A stretch of DNA of 63,122 nt, filler included, from Octopus bimaculoides (GCF_001194135.2; 8 parts of 6 records of this genome joined end to end with filler, not necessarily neighbours in it); one strand, 5' to 3'. Shown: positions 46,255 to 59,673, counted from the whole stretch's first letter. Made by a program: numbers and translations. The notes: a model not told the origin generated them from the letters alone.

Positions 46255-46610
46255 TAAGACCGATCATTGCCGGTGCCCCTGGACTGGTTCCTGTGCAGGT
46301 GGCACGTGAAATACACCATTTCGAGCGTGGCCGTTGCCAGTACCTCCTGACTGGCCTTCGTGCGGGTGGGGCGACACGTAAAAGCACCCACTACACTCTC
46401 TGAGTGGTTAGGGTTAGGGTTAAAAGCACCCACTACACTCTCTGAGTGGTTAGGGTTAGGGTTAAAAGCACCCACTACACTCTCTGAGTGGTTGGCGTTA
46501 GGAAGGGCATCAAGCAGTAGAAACTCTGCCAAATCAGATTGGAGCCTGGTGTAGCCATCCGGTTTCACCAGTCCTCGGTCCCATGCAAGCATGGAAAAGT
46601 AAACCTTAAA
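46255..46610 (+). mobile_element. RTE-type 3' UTR fragment with internal 42-bp triplication
   Basis: Shares ACACGTAAAAGCACCCA and GGTTGGCGTTAGGAAGGGCATC..GTAGAAAC with the RTE tail at 9630-9710. Confidence 0.7.
46379..46493 (+). repeat. 42-bp tandem triplication containing (TTAGGG)2
   Basis: Unit TAAAAGCACCCACTACACTCTCTGAGTGGTTAGGGTTAGGGT at 46379 and 46421; third copy at 46463 continues into normal RTE tail. Confidence 0.9.
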
Positions 46611-46637
46611 GGATTATATATATATATTATATATATA

Positions 46638-47043
46638 GACGTAGGAGTGGCTGTGTGGTAAGTAGCTTGCTTACGAACCATATGGTTCCAGGTTCAGTCC
46701 CACTGCGTGACACCTTGGGCAAGTGTCTTCTACTATAGCCTCGGGCCGACCAAAGCCTTGTGAGTGGATTTGGTAGACGGAAACTGAAAGAAGCCCGTCG
46801 TATATATGTATATATATATATATATATGTATGTGTGTATATGTTGTGTATCTGTGTTTGTCCCCCCAACATCGCTTGACAACCGATGCTGGTGTGCTTAG
46901 GTCCCCGTAACTTAGCGGTTCGGCAAAAGAGACCGATAGAATAAGTACTAGGCTTACAAAGAATAAGTCCTGGGGTCGATTTGATTCGACTAAAGGCGGT
47001 GCTCCAGCATGGCCGCAGTCAAATGACTGAAACAAGTAAAAGA
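46638..47043 (+). mobile_element. tRNA-derived SINE, composite A-(TA/TG)n-B, most complete copy
   Basis: Head GTGGCTGTGTGGTAAG...GGTTCAGTCCC (A/B-box-like), CORE-like ACCTTGGGCAAGTGTCTT, microsatellite at about 46800-46850, then B module CATCGCTTGACAACCGATG...GGCGGTGCTCCAGCATGGCCGCAGTC..GAAACAAGTAAAAG. Confidence 0.85.
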
Positions 47044-47984
47044 ATATATATGAATGTATAAAATACATACGTGTGTGTAATGTACATAACAAAATATATT
47101 TATTATGTTTACAAAATATATTTATATGTACATACACACGTAAACATGTAGATATATATAAATGCACGTGTAAACATACATATGTATTATGCGTGTAAAG
47201 ACCACAATAAGCATCTGGCAGCACAGAAAGACAGTCCCTTCTGTAGGAGCGCGCACACACACACACGCTGTCCTTTGTTAAAGCGAAAGCAGAGACATGA
47301 AACTGCGTGTGTGCGTGGCAGTATATTGCGCGTGTATGTGTGTGTGTGATATGACCTGTAAGTGGAAATGGTCAGTATTAAAGGAAGTGGAGGTGGGAGG
47401 AGAGAAAATAGGGCAATATCTTTACGTACGTACGTATCTATCTATCTATGTGTGTGTGTACGTGCGTATGTATGTCTATTTGTACGTGTATTTATGCGTG
47501 TACGAACGCTGTTGGACAAAAAAGCAAGGCATTCCGGCCGTGGCCATCTCGTAATGTCTCTAGGATTACATAATCCCCTTCTTTACTTGTTTGGTTTCAA
47601 GACAAACTCTGAGGAGTTTCCTACCGCGACCACTCCGCTTCACGGATATTCACAACTACATTGTCCTTATTTAATACAATACAGTATTATGATTCGACGG
47701 TAATTCGGTGGCTATTTCTAGCAGGTCGAGAAACCAGGTACACTCCCTAACACTCCCGCTGTGGGTTTTTACCTTCAGCTCTTCCCCCAAGGCCACCCCC
47801 GGCTTCTTGCACAACCGGCAGTACATTGTCTAGTGTTTACAGATTTACGTACTATTTCTAGCAAGTCGAACAACCATATAGGGGTCCCTGGTTGTTGTTT
47901 AACCGCAGGTCAGCAGTAGACGCAGTCGGTCCATCTTATAAACAAGTTTTGTGTACCTAGGAATACATTATCCAATGTGTCCTT

Positions 47985-48180
47985 TAAACACAAAGGAAAC
48001 TAGTATTGTTTTTTTTAGCCCTAGGTCAGCTCTGATCCAGCAGACCTTTGATCAAAGATGTTCCAGCCGTGACCATCCCGTCTTTTTGTGTATCAAGCAC
48101 TTGCATTGTTCAACGAATCCGTATTTATTTAATGCGGTAGGGTTTAGAAAAGATTTGGCTGCTATTTCTAGCAGGAACGG
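47985..48180 (+). repeat. Dispersed repeat family E (ends in GCTGCTATTTCTAGCAGG)
   Basis: Same motif at about 21875, 42390, 43210, 45305, 47710, 47850 and 45710 (minus); AGACC..TGATCAAAG..TTCCAGCCGTGACCATCC also recurs. Confidence 0.6.
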
Positions 48181-48837
48181 GTGCAGGTATGACCCTGTGG
48201 TTAAGAAGTTCGCTTCTCCTGAGGGACACCTTAGCAGTCTTCTACCACATCCTTGTAAGGGATATCACGAGAGACGGAAATTGTAAGACCAGAGCCGTAA
48301 TCGGGGTGGCTTAGGCACTCCTGAGAAGCGCGTGCAGTCCCCACTCCCTAGTATTTCAACATAAATATCTTTATACGAGCCCTTCCACTCCCGTAAGATT
48401 AATCGACGGCGTTTTAGAATAGCAGTCCCTTAAAGTCTTATACGCCATGGAAAAGAGAAAAAGAGGCAAAACGAAAATCATGAAAAAGAAAAAGGAAATA
48501 AAAAAAAAACCAAAAAAAAAAAAACCAAAAACAAATCCGTTCGTAATCGTAATTCCTTACAAAGAAATCAGAAAAAACCCTGTTTTCCGTTCCCACGAGG
48601 TAGGGAACTTGGAGGATCAGTTATTCAAAAAACCCTGCCGATTTTTAAGCTCCAAAAAGAGAATAAAAGTTTAAGCTACGGCCCTTCTCATCTAAGACCC
48701 TAACTTCTTATCAGAACGAAACCCCTAGAAAAGTTCCACGGATACTGTGCCTTCTCCAAGATAATAATTTTCTAAGAGAGCTACAAGACCTAACAATGAA
48801 GGGAAGGGAGCAAGTCGATTCCATCTATTAATAATAA

Positions 48838-49035
48838 TAATCCTTTCTATTATAGGCACGAGGCCTGAAATTACATCAATTTCCAGGATTTCACTGGTAC
48901 TTAATTTATCGACCGCGAAAGGATGGAAGGCAAAGTTGACCTCGGCGGAATTTGAACTCAGAACGTAGCGACGGGCGAAATACCGCTTAGCATCTAGTGC
49001 AGCATGCTAACGACTCTGCCAGCTCACAGCCTTAA
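48838..49035 (-). mobile_element. SINE family C
   Basis: TCCTTTCTATTATAGGCACGAGG...GTTGACCTCGGCGGAATTTGAACTCAGAACG; AAT/AAC tracts on both sides. Confidence 0.8.
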
Positions 49036-49742
49036 CAACAACAACAATAATAATAATAATAATAATAATGACGATGATGATGATAATGATGTTGGGTTAA
49101 ATCGACCCCGCACAATTTCTCCCTCGTTGGATCTGTAGGATGAGCTGTTTGAACCAAGGTACCCAACCACTTTTCTGGCTAGTTTACAGTTCCTATTTTT
49201 CAATAGAAATAACCACTTTTTAACTTATAATGGGTCTGTGAAGGCATGAAGACCAGGTCTTCTATAAAAAAATTAAAAAATAAAGCCTTTCTGAGAGCCT
49301 GAACAATCGGAACCATGAAAATCCATCAATTTTCACAATATATACACTTTACACACACACACTCTGTTTCAGGTATTGAGTACATTTTTACACACACATA
49401 CAAGCTGTTGTATAATGTGTGAAAAATATAGGATATGTGGATTTATATCAGAATAGAAAGATTAACCCTGTCTCTCTCTCATACATACAGTGTTTAAAGA
49501 AAATGTTTCAGGTGTGAACAGATCCTACATCCCAGGTTTTGATGGTCATGCACTTCACCATCTACAACCATACGTTGAAAAAAAAAAACTTTTAAAGAAA
49601 TTACTACACACACACACACACTCATCTGTATATGTGTAACTACACCCACACATCTGATATACATGTACACCCACTCACAGACGTATACTAATTCCTGTAC
49701 GTGTATAGCAACACACACAGGTAAACCATATACACAAATGTG

Positions 49743-49782
<40 letters not shown>

Positions 49783-50631
49783 TAAATATATAGATAGATA
49801 GATAAGTATATATGGGAAGACTTCTACACTATTATGTATATATGTATGCTAGCATGCATACACCCGCACAAGTAGTTGTGTAGGCAACATCAAGCTTAAA
49901 ATCTGCCCACACACACACAGCCAGGTAAACAGAGACAAGATTGGCCGGATGGAGAAATAGAGTAAAGAGCACGCACACACACACACACACGTATATACAC
50001 CCACGAACATGTGTGTCAAATATGCGTGTATGTATGTATCTATACACACAAATATATATATGTATGTATATATATAAAGTTGAAGACATGCAAAGTCATG
50101 TCACACACGCGACCAGACGGACAACCGCGTACATTCACAGAAGTGACAATAGAAACACACACACACATCAACTTTCGCAAACACTGACATGTAGCTACAT
50201 ATATACATACAAAGACACACCTGTATAGAGAAAAAGACACACACACATACAACTTGACACACATTTACAGACAAACGTACACTCACACACTGATAAACAT
50301 ACAAATATATACATACATATATATACACACACATGCATATACAGTTTGATATAAATACATACTCAGAAACACACACACACACATATATATACATACATAG
50401 CTTTATAGATACATACACAAGCATATACATAGAATTATAAAGTGACATACACACACAAACAACATAGCTTGACACACACACACAATACCATACACAAACA
50501 GCTGGACACGCGCACACACACACACAACCATACACGCACGCACGCACACACAGTGAGCCACCGAGATGGAGAGACAAAGAGACAAGAAGATGAAAATGTT
50601 TGAGACAAAATTTCAAAGATTTTTCTCTTAC

Positions 50632-50800
50632 CTTGATGTAAAAGGACAAACACTTGATGTGATGTGGAGGCTGAGATGAGGATGGCAGCAGCGGTGGCGG
50701 CGGAGAAAGTTTAAAGGAAGGAAACACCAAACACCTCCGTCTGTCGCTTCTTCTATCTTCTTTATTCTTCCGGTCCTTGCTTCTTCTTTCTCTCACTCTG
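50632..50800 (-). other. Possible non-coding first exon of a minus-strand gene
   Basis: Strong donor AAG|GTAAGA (intron starting at 50631) preceded by GC-rich CCGCCGCCACCGCTGCTGCC unique sequence; no coding exons found downstream. Confidence 0.3.
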
Positions 50801-51940
50801 TCTGAGTCTTGTTTATTTACTTCCCTCTCTTTTTCTCTCTTCTCTTTATCTCTCTCTCTGTCTCTATCTTCTGGATTGTCTTAACTTTCTGGTCTCTGTA
50901 TGTTATATACACATGTATGTATATATACATATATATATAAATATATTTTCTGTGTGTATTTGTGTATAAGAGATATATACAAGTGTAGGTATGTATAAGT
51001 AGGTGGTTGGCGTTAATGCTCCAAAGTTGTATATGGTAAAATATTTTTCTTTCAGTTTCAAAGTATATATATATACATATAAATATAAACCCTATAACAT
51101 ATATTTATATATTATATGTGTATATATGAAATTATTACTGCTAAAAGCAATGTACATATATACAACATATGTGTGTATGTATGTATGAAAATATTGTTGA
51201 AAGCAATGTGTATATATACTATAAATATATATATATGTGAAAGTATTGAAGTTGTAGACAATGTTTATATATGTGTGTGTGTCTGTGTGTATATTATAAT
51301 ATATATATCCAGTGAATATGTTATGTTTGTGTATGAAAAGCCGGTGGAGAGAAGATTTTTCCCTCTAGTCTGGAGAGAGACACAACAGCATATGAAAAAT
51401 ACCTTTACTTGTCTGTGGGCCGAACATGCGAACTAGCTGTCTCAGTCTCACTGACCCACGTCCTCTCTCTCTCTCTCTCTCTCTCTCTTGGCTACAGGAG
51501 ATAATACAAACACACACACACTCACTTTGCTACCCCCAAACATTAACCACCACACCTACACTCTCTCTCCCCCTCTCTTATTTCTCTTTCTCTTTCTTCT
51601 TCTTTATCTTTTATTTTTCTCCCACTCCATCCACTCCCTGCCTCCCTTCCCCTCTCCCCCCTCTGTCTGTCCGTCCGCCTGCCTGTCCGTCTGTCCGCCT
51701 GTCTGTCAGTCTCTCTTTCTTCACCGCCCCACCACTCCTTTTTTTTTTTTCAACATTCACCCACTCCCTTCTACCCATGCCACGATCTTCTCCCTCCTCC
51801 CCTACTTACTCCACAAACGCGCGCACGCATACACAGACAANNNNNNNNNNNNNNNNNNNNNNNNNNNNNNNNNNNNNNNNNNNNTTAATTAATTAANNNN
51901 NNNNNNNNNNNNNNNNNNNNNNNNNNNNNNNNNNNNNNNN

Positions 51941-51988
<48 letters not shown>

Positions 51989-53079
51989 GTGTGTGTGTGT
52001 GTATGCCAGTGTGAATGTCAGCGTGTGTATATATACTACTAATAATAATAATACTATAAATAATATATAGATATATGCATATATACACATATGTACATAC
52101 CTACATATATATGTTTATATACATGCATGTATGGGTACAGGACATCAAAAGAAAACGTAGACAACTGAGAAATGAGAACATAAAAAACAAAAACATAGAA
52201 AACGAACATGTTTTTCGAACGAAAGAAAGAAACAAACAGAGAAACGAGACAGGCAACATAAAGAACATTCCCTTCATCAGTTTTCTCTGTTTTATCTACT
52301 AGATTCCCGACCACATTTCCCCGAATGACACGAATGACTAACCCTCAAAGTACGCCACAAACTTCTCATTCAAAAACCATTCTGACTATCCCATCTATTC
52401 TTACATTTATTTTTCCGTATTCTTTAACAATCACTCCCTAAATATACACCACAAACCCTGCCTCATTAATCTATTGGTGCACTACTAACAAGCATATGAA
52501 ACAACATCATCTTGCCACACACATCTCAGCGAAATGAACCGGTTTATGTGGCCTGTGGAGGTTTCTTCTACACTATAGCGTGCATTCGATTCCATTACAT
52601 CGTTCCTCACCCGCTAGGGAGCAGTGCAGAAGTAAGCCGAAACGATTGTTGTGCTGAATAAAACTTCCTCTACACTCCGTCTTCCGTATTAGTTATTTAG
52701 AATACGCTCAACGTACACTGAGAAATTCCTAACGTACATTCAGCAACGAAGGTGCACTACCCTGGATGCACCTGCTAGCTTCAAGCGGTGAACGTGTTCT
52801 GCAGGACACTACAAGGGACACTCCCATAGCAAGGTTTGGATACTACAAACTGCAGAATCAATGTAAACATTTCAGGTCCGTTGGTGATATGAATATGTTT
52901 AAGCAGTTGGTTTGTCCTCTGTGCTTCAAGTATATGCAGTCTTCTGGTTAAAACGGTTTTTTGCAATGATGTAATCTTTTCATTAATCAGTTAAAGGAGT
53001 CGCTTGAAACGGCCGTAATGAATTGACATCTGTACATCTTTTTTACTCATTTATGTATGTGTGTGTGTATGTGTGTGTG

Positions 53080-53114
<35 letters not shown>

Positions 53115-53920
53115 NNNNNNNNNNNNNNNNNNNNNNNNNNNNNNNNNNNNNNNNNNNNNNNNNNNNNNNNNNNNNNNNNNNNNNNNNNNNNNNNNNNNNN
53201 NNNNNNNNNNNNNNNNNNNNNNNNNNNNNNNNNNNNNNNNNNNNNNNNNNNNNNNNNNNNNNNNNNNNNNNNNNNNNNNNNNNNNNNNNNNNNNNNNNNN
53301 NNNNNNNNNNNNNNNNNNNNNNNNNNNNNNNNNNNNNNNNNNNNNNNNNNNNNNNNNNNNNNNNNNNNNNNNNNNNNNNNNNNNNNNNNNNNNNNNNNNN
53401 NNNNNNNNNNNNNNNNNNNNNNNNNNNNNNNNNNNNNNNNNNNNNNNNNNNNNNNNNNNNNNNNNNNNNNNNNNNNNNNNNNNNNNNNNNNNNNNNNNNN
53501 NNNNNNNNNNNNNNNNNNNNNNNNNNNNNNNNNNNNNNNNNNNNNNNNNNNNNNNNNNNNNNNNNNNNNNNNNNNNNNNNNNNNNNNNNNNNNNNNNNNN
53601 NNNNNNNNNNNNNNNNNNNNNNNNNNNNNNNNNNNNNNNNNNNNNNNNNNNNNNNNNNNNNNNNNNNNNNNNNNNNNNNNNNNNNNNNNNNNNNNNNNNN
53701 NNNNNNNNNNNNNNNNNNNNNNNNNNNNNNNNNNNNNNNNNNNNNNNNNNNNNNNNNNNNNNNNNNNNNNNNNNNNNNNNNNNNNNNNNNNNNNNNNNNN
53801 NNNNNNNNNNNNNNNNNNNNNNNNNNNNNNNNNNNNNNNNNNNNNNNNNNNNNNNNNNNNNNNNNNNNNNNNNNNNNNNNNNNNNNNNNNNNNNNNNNNN
53901 NNNNNNNNNNNNATAGATAA

Positions 53921-53953
<33 letters not shown>

Positions 53954-54445
53954 GAAAATTATATATATTTATTATGTATGTGTGTATGTATGTATGTATG
54001 TCTATGAGAGGAAAATTTTGATTCTGGTTTTTCCTCACAGCATTGGTTACTTTGCATCTAATCTCACCCTAGTATTTTAAAGAGTTCCTCACGAAGTAAT
54101 CTACAATTTCAAGATATGTCCAGAATGCATCACATTGCTAATCTGTAGCATTCTCAGTTATAGTCATTCTCACTAAATTGGTCTGTGAATGCTGTAATCA
54201 AGACGATGGAATTCATTAGTCAGAATTCATTCTTGAGTTACTGGCTCCACGAAATTGTATTCAGGTGCTGCTGTACCAATCGATGCAACTCCTCGATATA
54301 TAAACTTTTTCCCACGAAACTTTAACAACTTCAAATCGTGTACGCTCTACAATGCTACTGGTGTTTGCTGGTAATAACTGGTCAGCTCTAAAATGCTACT
54401 GATGTTAGTTGGTAATAATTTTTCAAAATTTTTCAGGAAATCATT

Positions 54446-54660
54446 GTATGGCGAGCTGGCAGAATCGTTAGCACGACGGCAAAATGCTTAGCGGCACTTC
54501 GCCAGTAATTACATTCAGAGTTCAAATGCCACCAAGGTCGACTTTACCTTTACCTTTTGGAGTCAATAAAATAAGTACTAGTTGAGCACAGGGGGATGTA
54601 ATCGGGTGGTCCCACCCCTCAGAAATTGAAGGCCTTGTGCCTTATAGCAGAAAGGATATT
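54446..54660 (+). mobile_element. SINE family C
   Basis: GGCGAGCTGGCAGAATCGTTAGCA...GAGTTCAAATG...GGCCTTGTGCCTTATAGCAGAAAGG. Confidence 0.8.
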
Positions 54661-54951
54661 AATGGCCTTCATGATATCTGATTTTACAACAAGTTCCCGT
54701 CAAATTATTTACCTTAGTCACCTGTATCTTTAACGAGTAGTTTGAAAGTACAACATCTCAAGCGCTCTCTGGTATTATAACTATCATTTTCATCCATCAT
54801 GATTTGGAATGCATAATTAGTATGTTTAAAATATAAATTTGATGCTCTAAAGTGATGCCATATGTTTTGCATGCTCATTCTCTAGTTTTATCATACATAT
54901 ACATACATACATACATGCATACATGCATACGAACGTACGTACGTACGCACG

Positions 54952-54985
<34 letters not shown>

Positions 54986-55229
54986 CACACACATCCTTTC
55001 AACTATAGGCACAAGGCCTGAAAATTGTGGGGGAGGAGGCTAATCGATAACATTGACCCCAGTTCATCGACCTATATACACATACCTATGTATACATGTA
55101 TGCGTGTGCGTGTGCATGTGTGTGTATGTGTACATATAGTGCAATATGCAACAGCGTACCAACACTTCATCATATTGCGAGTTGACATCCGACACATCAG
55201 ATTGCAAATGCACACGATGACATCTTACC

Positions 55230-55900
55230 AAATATCACAGATCTTTATACACTTAACAAGAGCGAAGCACGTTCCTATCCATTTTGTACTTGTAAGGGTA
55301 TCCCTTCGAAATATACTGAGTAGTTGCTGCTGCACTCTGAGACGATGACCTCTACCGCTGTCGACAGAACCGAGTACTCAATGTAGCTGTAGGAGTGATT
55401 ACTGAATCCGGCAATGCTATCTGAGGAAAGTGGCCATCACTTTTTTGCAAAACTGTAGAGAAATGCTATTCATTGAAGCATCAACGACTGTGCCTACTTT
55501 CTACCGCCCCTACTTTCTACTAGGAGCAGGGACTGGATCTCCTCGAATAGTTAAAGTTCCCAGAGTATGACATATAACCAGGCATTGTTATATTCTCCAA
55601 TTCCATTAAACAGGTAACCATGTGAGAACTGACTGTGCCTTGGGAAGAACACATGGAGGAGTCTCACGCGAGAAGGTTTGCTAACCATCGGATTCTGGTA
55701 GATCAGCAGAGAATACAAAGATGAGGGCACACCGCAAGCCATTTGAAGTAGATTCACGGGAATTTGAGGGACGTTCACTCTGCAAATCTCTGATTGGTTT
55801 GGTGTTACTGGTGCAGCTAGACGTGCATACGTTCTATCACAGATACCATCAAAAGGAGTTGGGTAAAGGGGGAAAACCATTGATTTTCTGCTTCTCAGAT
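55230..55900 (+). mobile_element. HERO/NeSL-like REL retrotransposon 3' fragment
   Basis: Zn-knuckle remnant (PFCTCKG/SLRNILSSC) then LKFPEYDI*PGIVIFSNSIKQVTM*ELTVPWEEHMEESHARR...PFEVDSREFEGRSLCKSL; ELTVPWEE is typical of HERO-clade endonucleases. Confidence 0.75.
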
Positions 55901-57273
55901 GAAAGTAAGATGTGAGGGGTGAGGTCTGATGCGGAAAGATTCGAAATTTCCTAAGATGCTAGAAACATTACTGACGATGCAAAACAGGGCATCGTTGAGT
56001 TGTTACTTGTAATGTTGGAACACTTTAAACTACTATGTGTGTGTGTGTGTGTGTGTGTGTGCTGTGTGAGCATGAGTACTATGTGTGCATGTGCGTAGGT
56101 GTGTAGGTGCAGAGAAAGAGAGAGACAGAGAGGAAATCGATACATAGTCATATACCAACGTGTGCATAATTGCGTAATTCTCAAGTTGTGTATATGTGTG
56201 CATATGTATACACACACACGCATATACGCATTCAAACGTATATATATACATTTATACGTGTGCATCTATATATATGCGTATATATATATATATATATATA
56301 TATATATNNNNNNNNNNNNNNNNNNNNNNNNNNNNNNNNNNNNNNNNNNNNNNNNNNNNNNNNNNNNNNNNNNNNNNNNNNNNNNNNNNNNNNNNNNNNN
56401 NNNNNNNNNNNNNNNNNNNNNNNNNNNNNNNNNNNNNNNNNNNNNNNNNNNNNNNNNNNNNNNNNNNNNNNNNNNNNNNNNNNNNNNNNNNNNNNNNNNN
56501 NNNNNNNNNNNNNNNNNNNNNNNNNNNNNNNNNNNNNNNNNNNNNNNNNNNNNNNNNNNNNNNNNNNNNNNNNNNNNNNNNNNNNNNNNNNNNNNNNNNN
56601 NNNNNNNNNNNNNNNNNNNNNNNNNNNNNNNNNNNNATATATATATACATATATATATATATATATGTATATACACATACATACATATATACATACATAT
56701 ATATATCTGTGTATAGCGTATCTACTCTATTAGATTTTTTTTCATAGGAGTTATGGGAGTTATAGCTTACATTTTTTTTTTTCTGAGAGGCACCTTTTTT
56801 GATAGAAATGAAATGGTTTCCAGAGAAGATCAAAAGCGGTGTGAAATCTCATTTGAACGAGAATTTATCACCACGTACAATCAAAGTAAAACGTACACAC
56901 AAACTCACACACGGGCACAGAAAAACATGGACATACGCACAGGAAATAACATACGCAGATATAGCTGTTCACAATTCAAAAATTCATATATCATTAAGTT
57001 CAGCTATACATACATACATTCACACATACATACATACATACATACATACATACATACATACATACATACATGTGCATATATAGATATTTATATATTTATA
57101 TAAACATACTTCTATACCTATATACGTATACATGTATATGTGTACATATCTATATCTATATCTATATCTATATNNNNNNNNNNNNNNNNNNNNNNNNNNN
57201 NNNNNNNNNNNNNNNNNTTAATTAATTAANNNNNNNNNNNNNNNNNNNNNNNNNNNNNNNNNNNNNNNNNNNN

Positions 57274-57775
57274 AAAAGATGAAAAAACACAGAAGATTTG
57301 TTTTACAGGATTAAGGAGTATATTAGAGTCATAATAATAAAGATATACAATTTTATACAAAATATGATTTTGTTCTTTCAGCATAATTGAAGTAAGAACA
57401 GGTTTCGCATTGCCCATCGACTTAAGGGTTGAAAAATAGACATATTGCTAAAGGAAACACATATTGCTAGGGGAGATAATTGTTCACTCATTTATTTTAC
57501 AGTAAAGGGGAGATAAGTCTGTAATTTTTTTTTTTTATCTGTATTTTATTCTGGCTTATATCATACAATAAAAAGGGTAAGTCTTTTATTTTTAATATGG
57601 GTTCATATTTAATTCTGGTTTATATTTTTGGATAAATCAGGCTTCTTTATTCAATCTTACTTGTGTTGAGGTCCAGAAAGCAAGTTGATAAAATAGGAAA
57701 ATGCATATCTTTATTGTTATGACTGTAATATACTCCTTAATCCAGTAAAACAAATCTGTGTTTTGTCATCTGTTC
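57274..57775. mobile_element. MITE-like element with about 75-bp terminal inverted repeats
   Basis: GATGAAAAAACACAG..ATTTGTTTTACAGGATTAAGGAGTATATTAGAGTCATAATAATAAAGATAT versus its reverse complement ending near 57770; left end abuts a gap. Confidence 0.7.
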
Positions 57776-59607
57776 TCTTTCTGTGTATATTTTCACTATA
57801 ACTCTCTAACCCATAAATAATTTTTAAAAACATTCCTGTTATTACGAATTATCTATCAACAATTTTTTTAACGATAGTATGTACTTTACTTTTTTTCTCT
57901 CTCAATTCTTAATATTATCAACTATATTTCTTTTTCTTAGAAGCGAATATAATACTATTCTATAATATAATATGATACTATCCTGTCACTATAATATTTA
58001 CCCCAATTATATTTCTTTCTACCCTTCGATTTTCTAGTAAGTCATTTTAAATCACACCAATCTACCTAAACCCATTATCCTAGATACACTTCTTTTAGCA
58101 AACTATTTCTTTTTTTAATTTTTTCACCATTTTTCATTGCACACCACCCATAACTGTCAATACACAGTAAAATTTAAATATAGCTAACATACCCAACTAG
58201 ACGCTAATTATTATTTATTTATATTCAAATGTATATACGTGTAGGTATATAAACTTTAATGTGCGGGCGCGTGCATTTATGTCTGTTAGATGCGTATGTG
58301 CAACTATCATATTTTTTGTTTTGTCTCCGATCTTTCCTATTTGTATTTAAAAATATACGTTGGGAAAAAACAGTTCTTGTTCTTACAAGTATACACTCAA
58401 CACTACATAAGCACGTTCCTATCTCTCCTTTTTCCTCTTTCACAATCTTTTTATGGATATCCGATCGAGTTTATCCGACACAAGGTCTCTGTAGTTTCAT
58501 TGTAATTTTCTTTTGATAATACCTTTTTTGATGTTTTCGTCATCTTTTGCACTGAGGAGAATGCTTATACATAATTAAATTAATTTAATTATTATTATAA
58601 TTAATTTAATTTTTCCATGTTTCTTACATGTTGGTATTATCATTTGAAACGATCGTATGCATGGATTAAAACTTTTAAAAAACTTTTAACATCTTCTCTT
58701 CTCCATTTTTTAACTATTAGTTGAGTTTATATAGGATTATATCCTATAAATGCTCATAACACATTTTTATACTTGTTATATTTTCATATTTTAAATACTT
58801 GCAATAGAAAGCTACCTCTTTGATATAAAGAATCTTTATTAGAAATCCAAATTGTTGGATACCCCCAAAAAGTTCAAAATGTTCTACTTGAACTAAACCT
58901 TTCTCTCTCTCTCTCTNNNNNNNNNNNNNNNNNNNNNNNNNNNNNNNNNNNNNNNNNNNNNNNNNNNNNNNNNNNNNNNNNNNNNNNNNNNNNNNNNNNN
59001 NNNNNNNNNNNNNNNNNNNNNNNNNNNNNNNNNNNNNNNNNNNNNNNNNNNNNNNNNNNNNNNNNNNNNNNNNNNNNNNNNNNNNNNNNNNNNNNNNNNN
59101 NNNNNNNNNNNNNNNNNNNNNNNNNNNNNNNNNNNNNNNNNNNNNNNNNNNNNNNNNNNNNNNNNNNNNNNNNNNNNNNNNNNNNNNNNNNNNNNNNNNN
59201 NNNNNNNNNNNNNNNNNNNNNNNNNNNNNNNNNNNNNNNNNNNNNNNNNNNNNNNNNNNNNNNNNNNNNNNNNNNNNNNNNNNNNNNNNNNNNNNNNNNN
59301 NNNNNNNNNNNNNNNNNNNNNNNNNNNNNNNNNNNNNNNNNNNNNNNNNNNNNNNNNNNNNNNNNNNNNNNNNNNNNNNNNNNNNNNNNNNNNNNNNNNN
59401 NNNNNNNNNNNNNNNNNNNNNNNNNNNNNNNNNNNNNNNNNNNNNNNNNNNNNNNNNNNNNNNNNNNNNNNNNNNNNNNNNNNNNNNNNNNNNNNNNNNN
59501 NNNNNNNNNNNNNNNNNNNNNNNNNNNNNNNNNNNNNNNNNNNNNNNNNNNNNNNNNNNNNNNNNNNNNATGTAGACAGAATGTCAAGATTATTTATGAT
59601 AAAAAAA

Positions 59608-59673
<66 letters not shown>

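Noticed and set aside
46379-46493. Possible CRISPR-like or other repeat-spacer array
   Set aside because: Units are identical with no unique spacers, in a eukaryotic context with no cas genes; no CRISPR array was found anywhere in the window.
52340-52700. Possible Penelope terminus (GCCGAAACG...AATAAA)
   Set aside because: No CUGANGA core or clear coding remnant.
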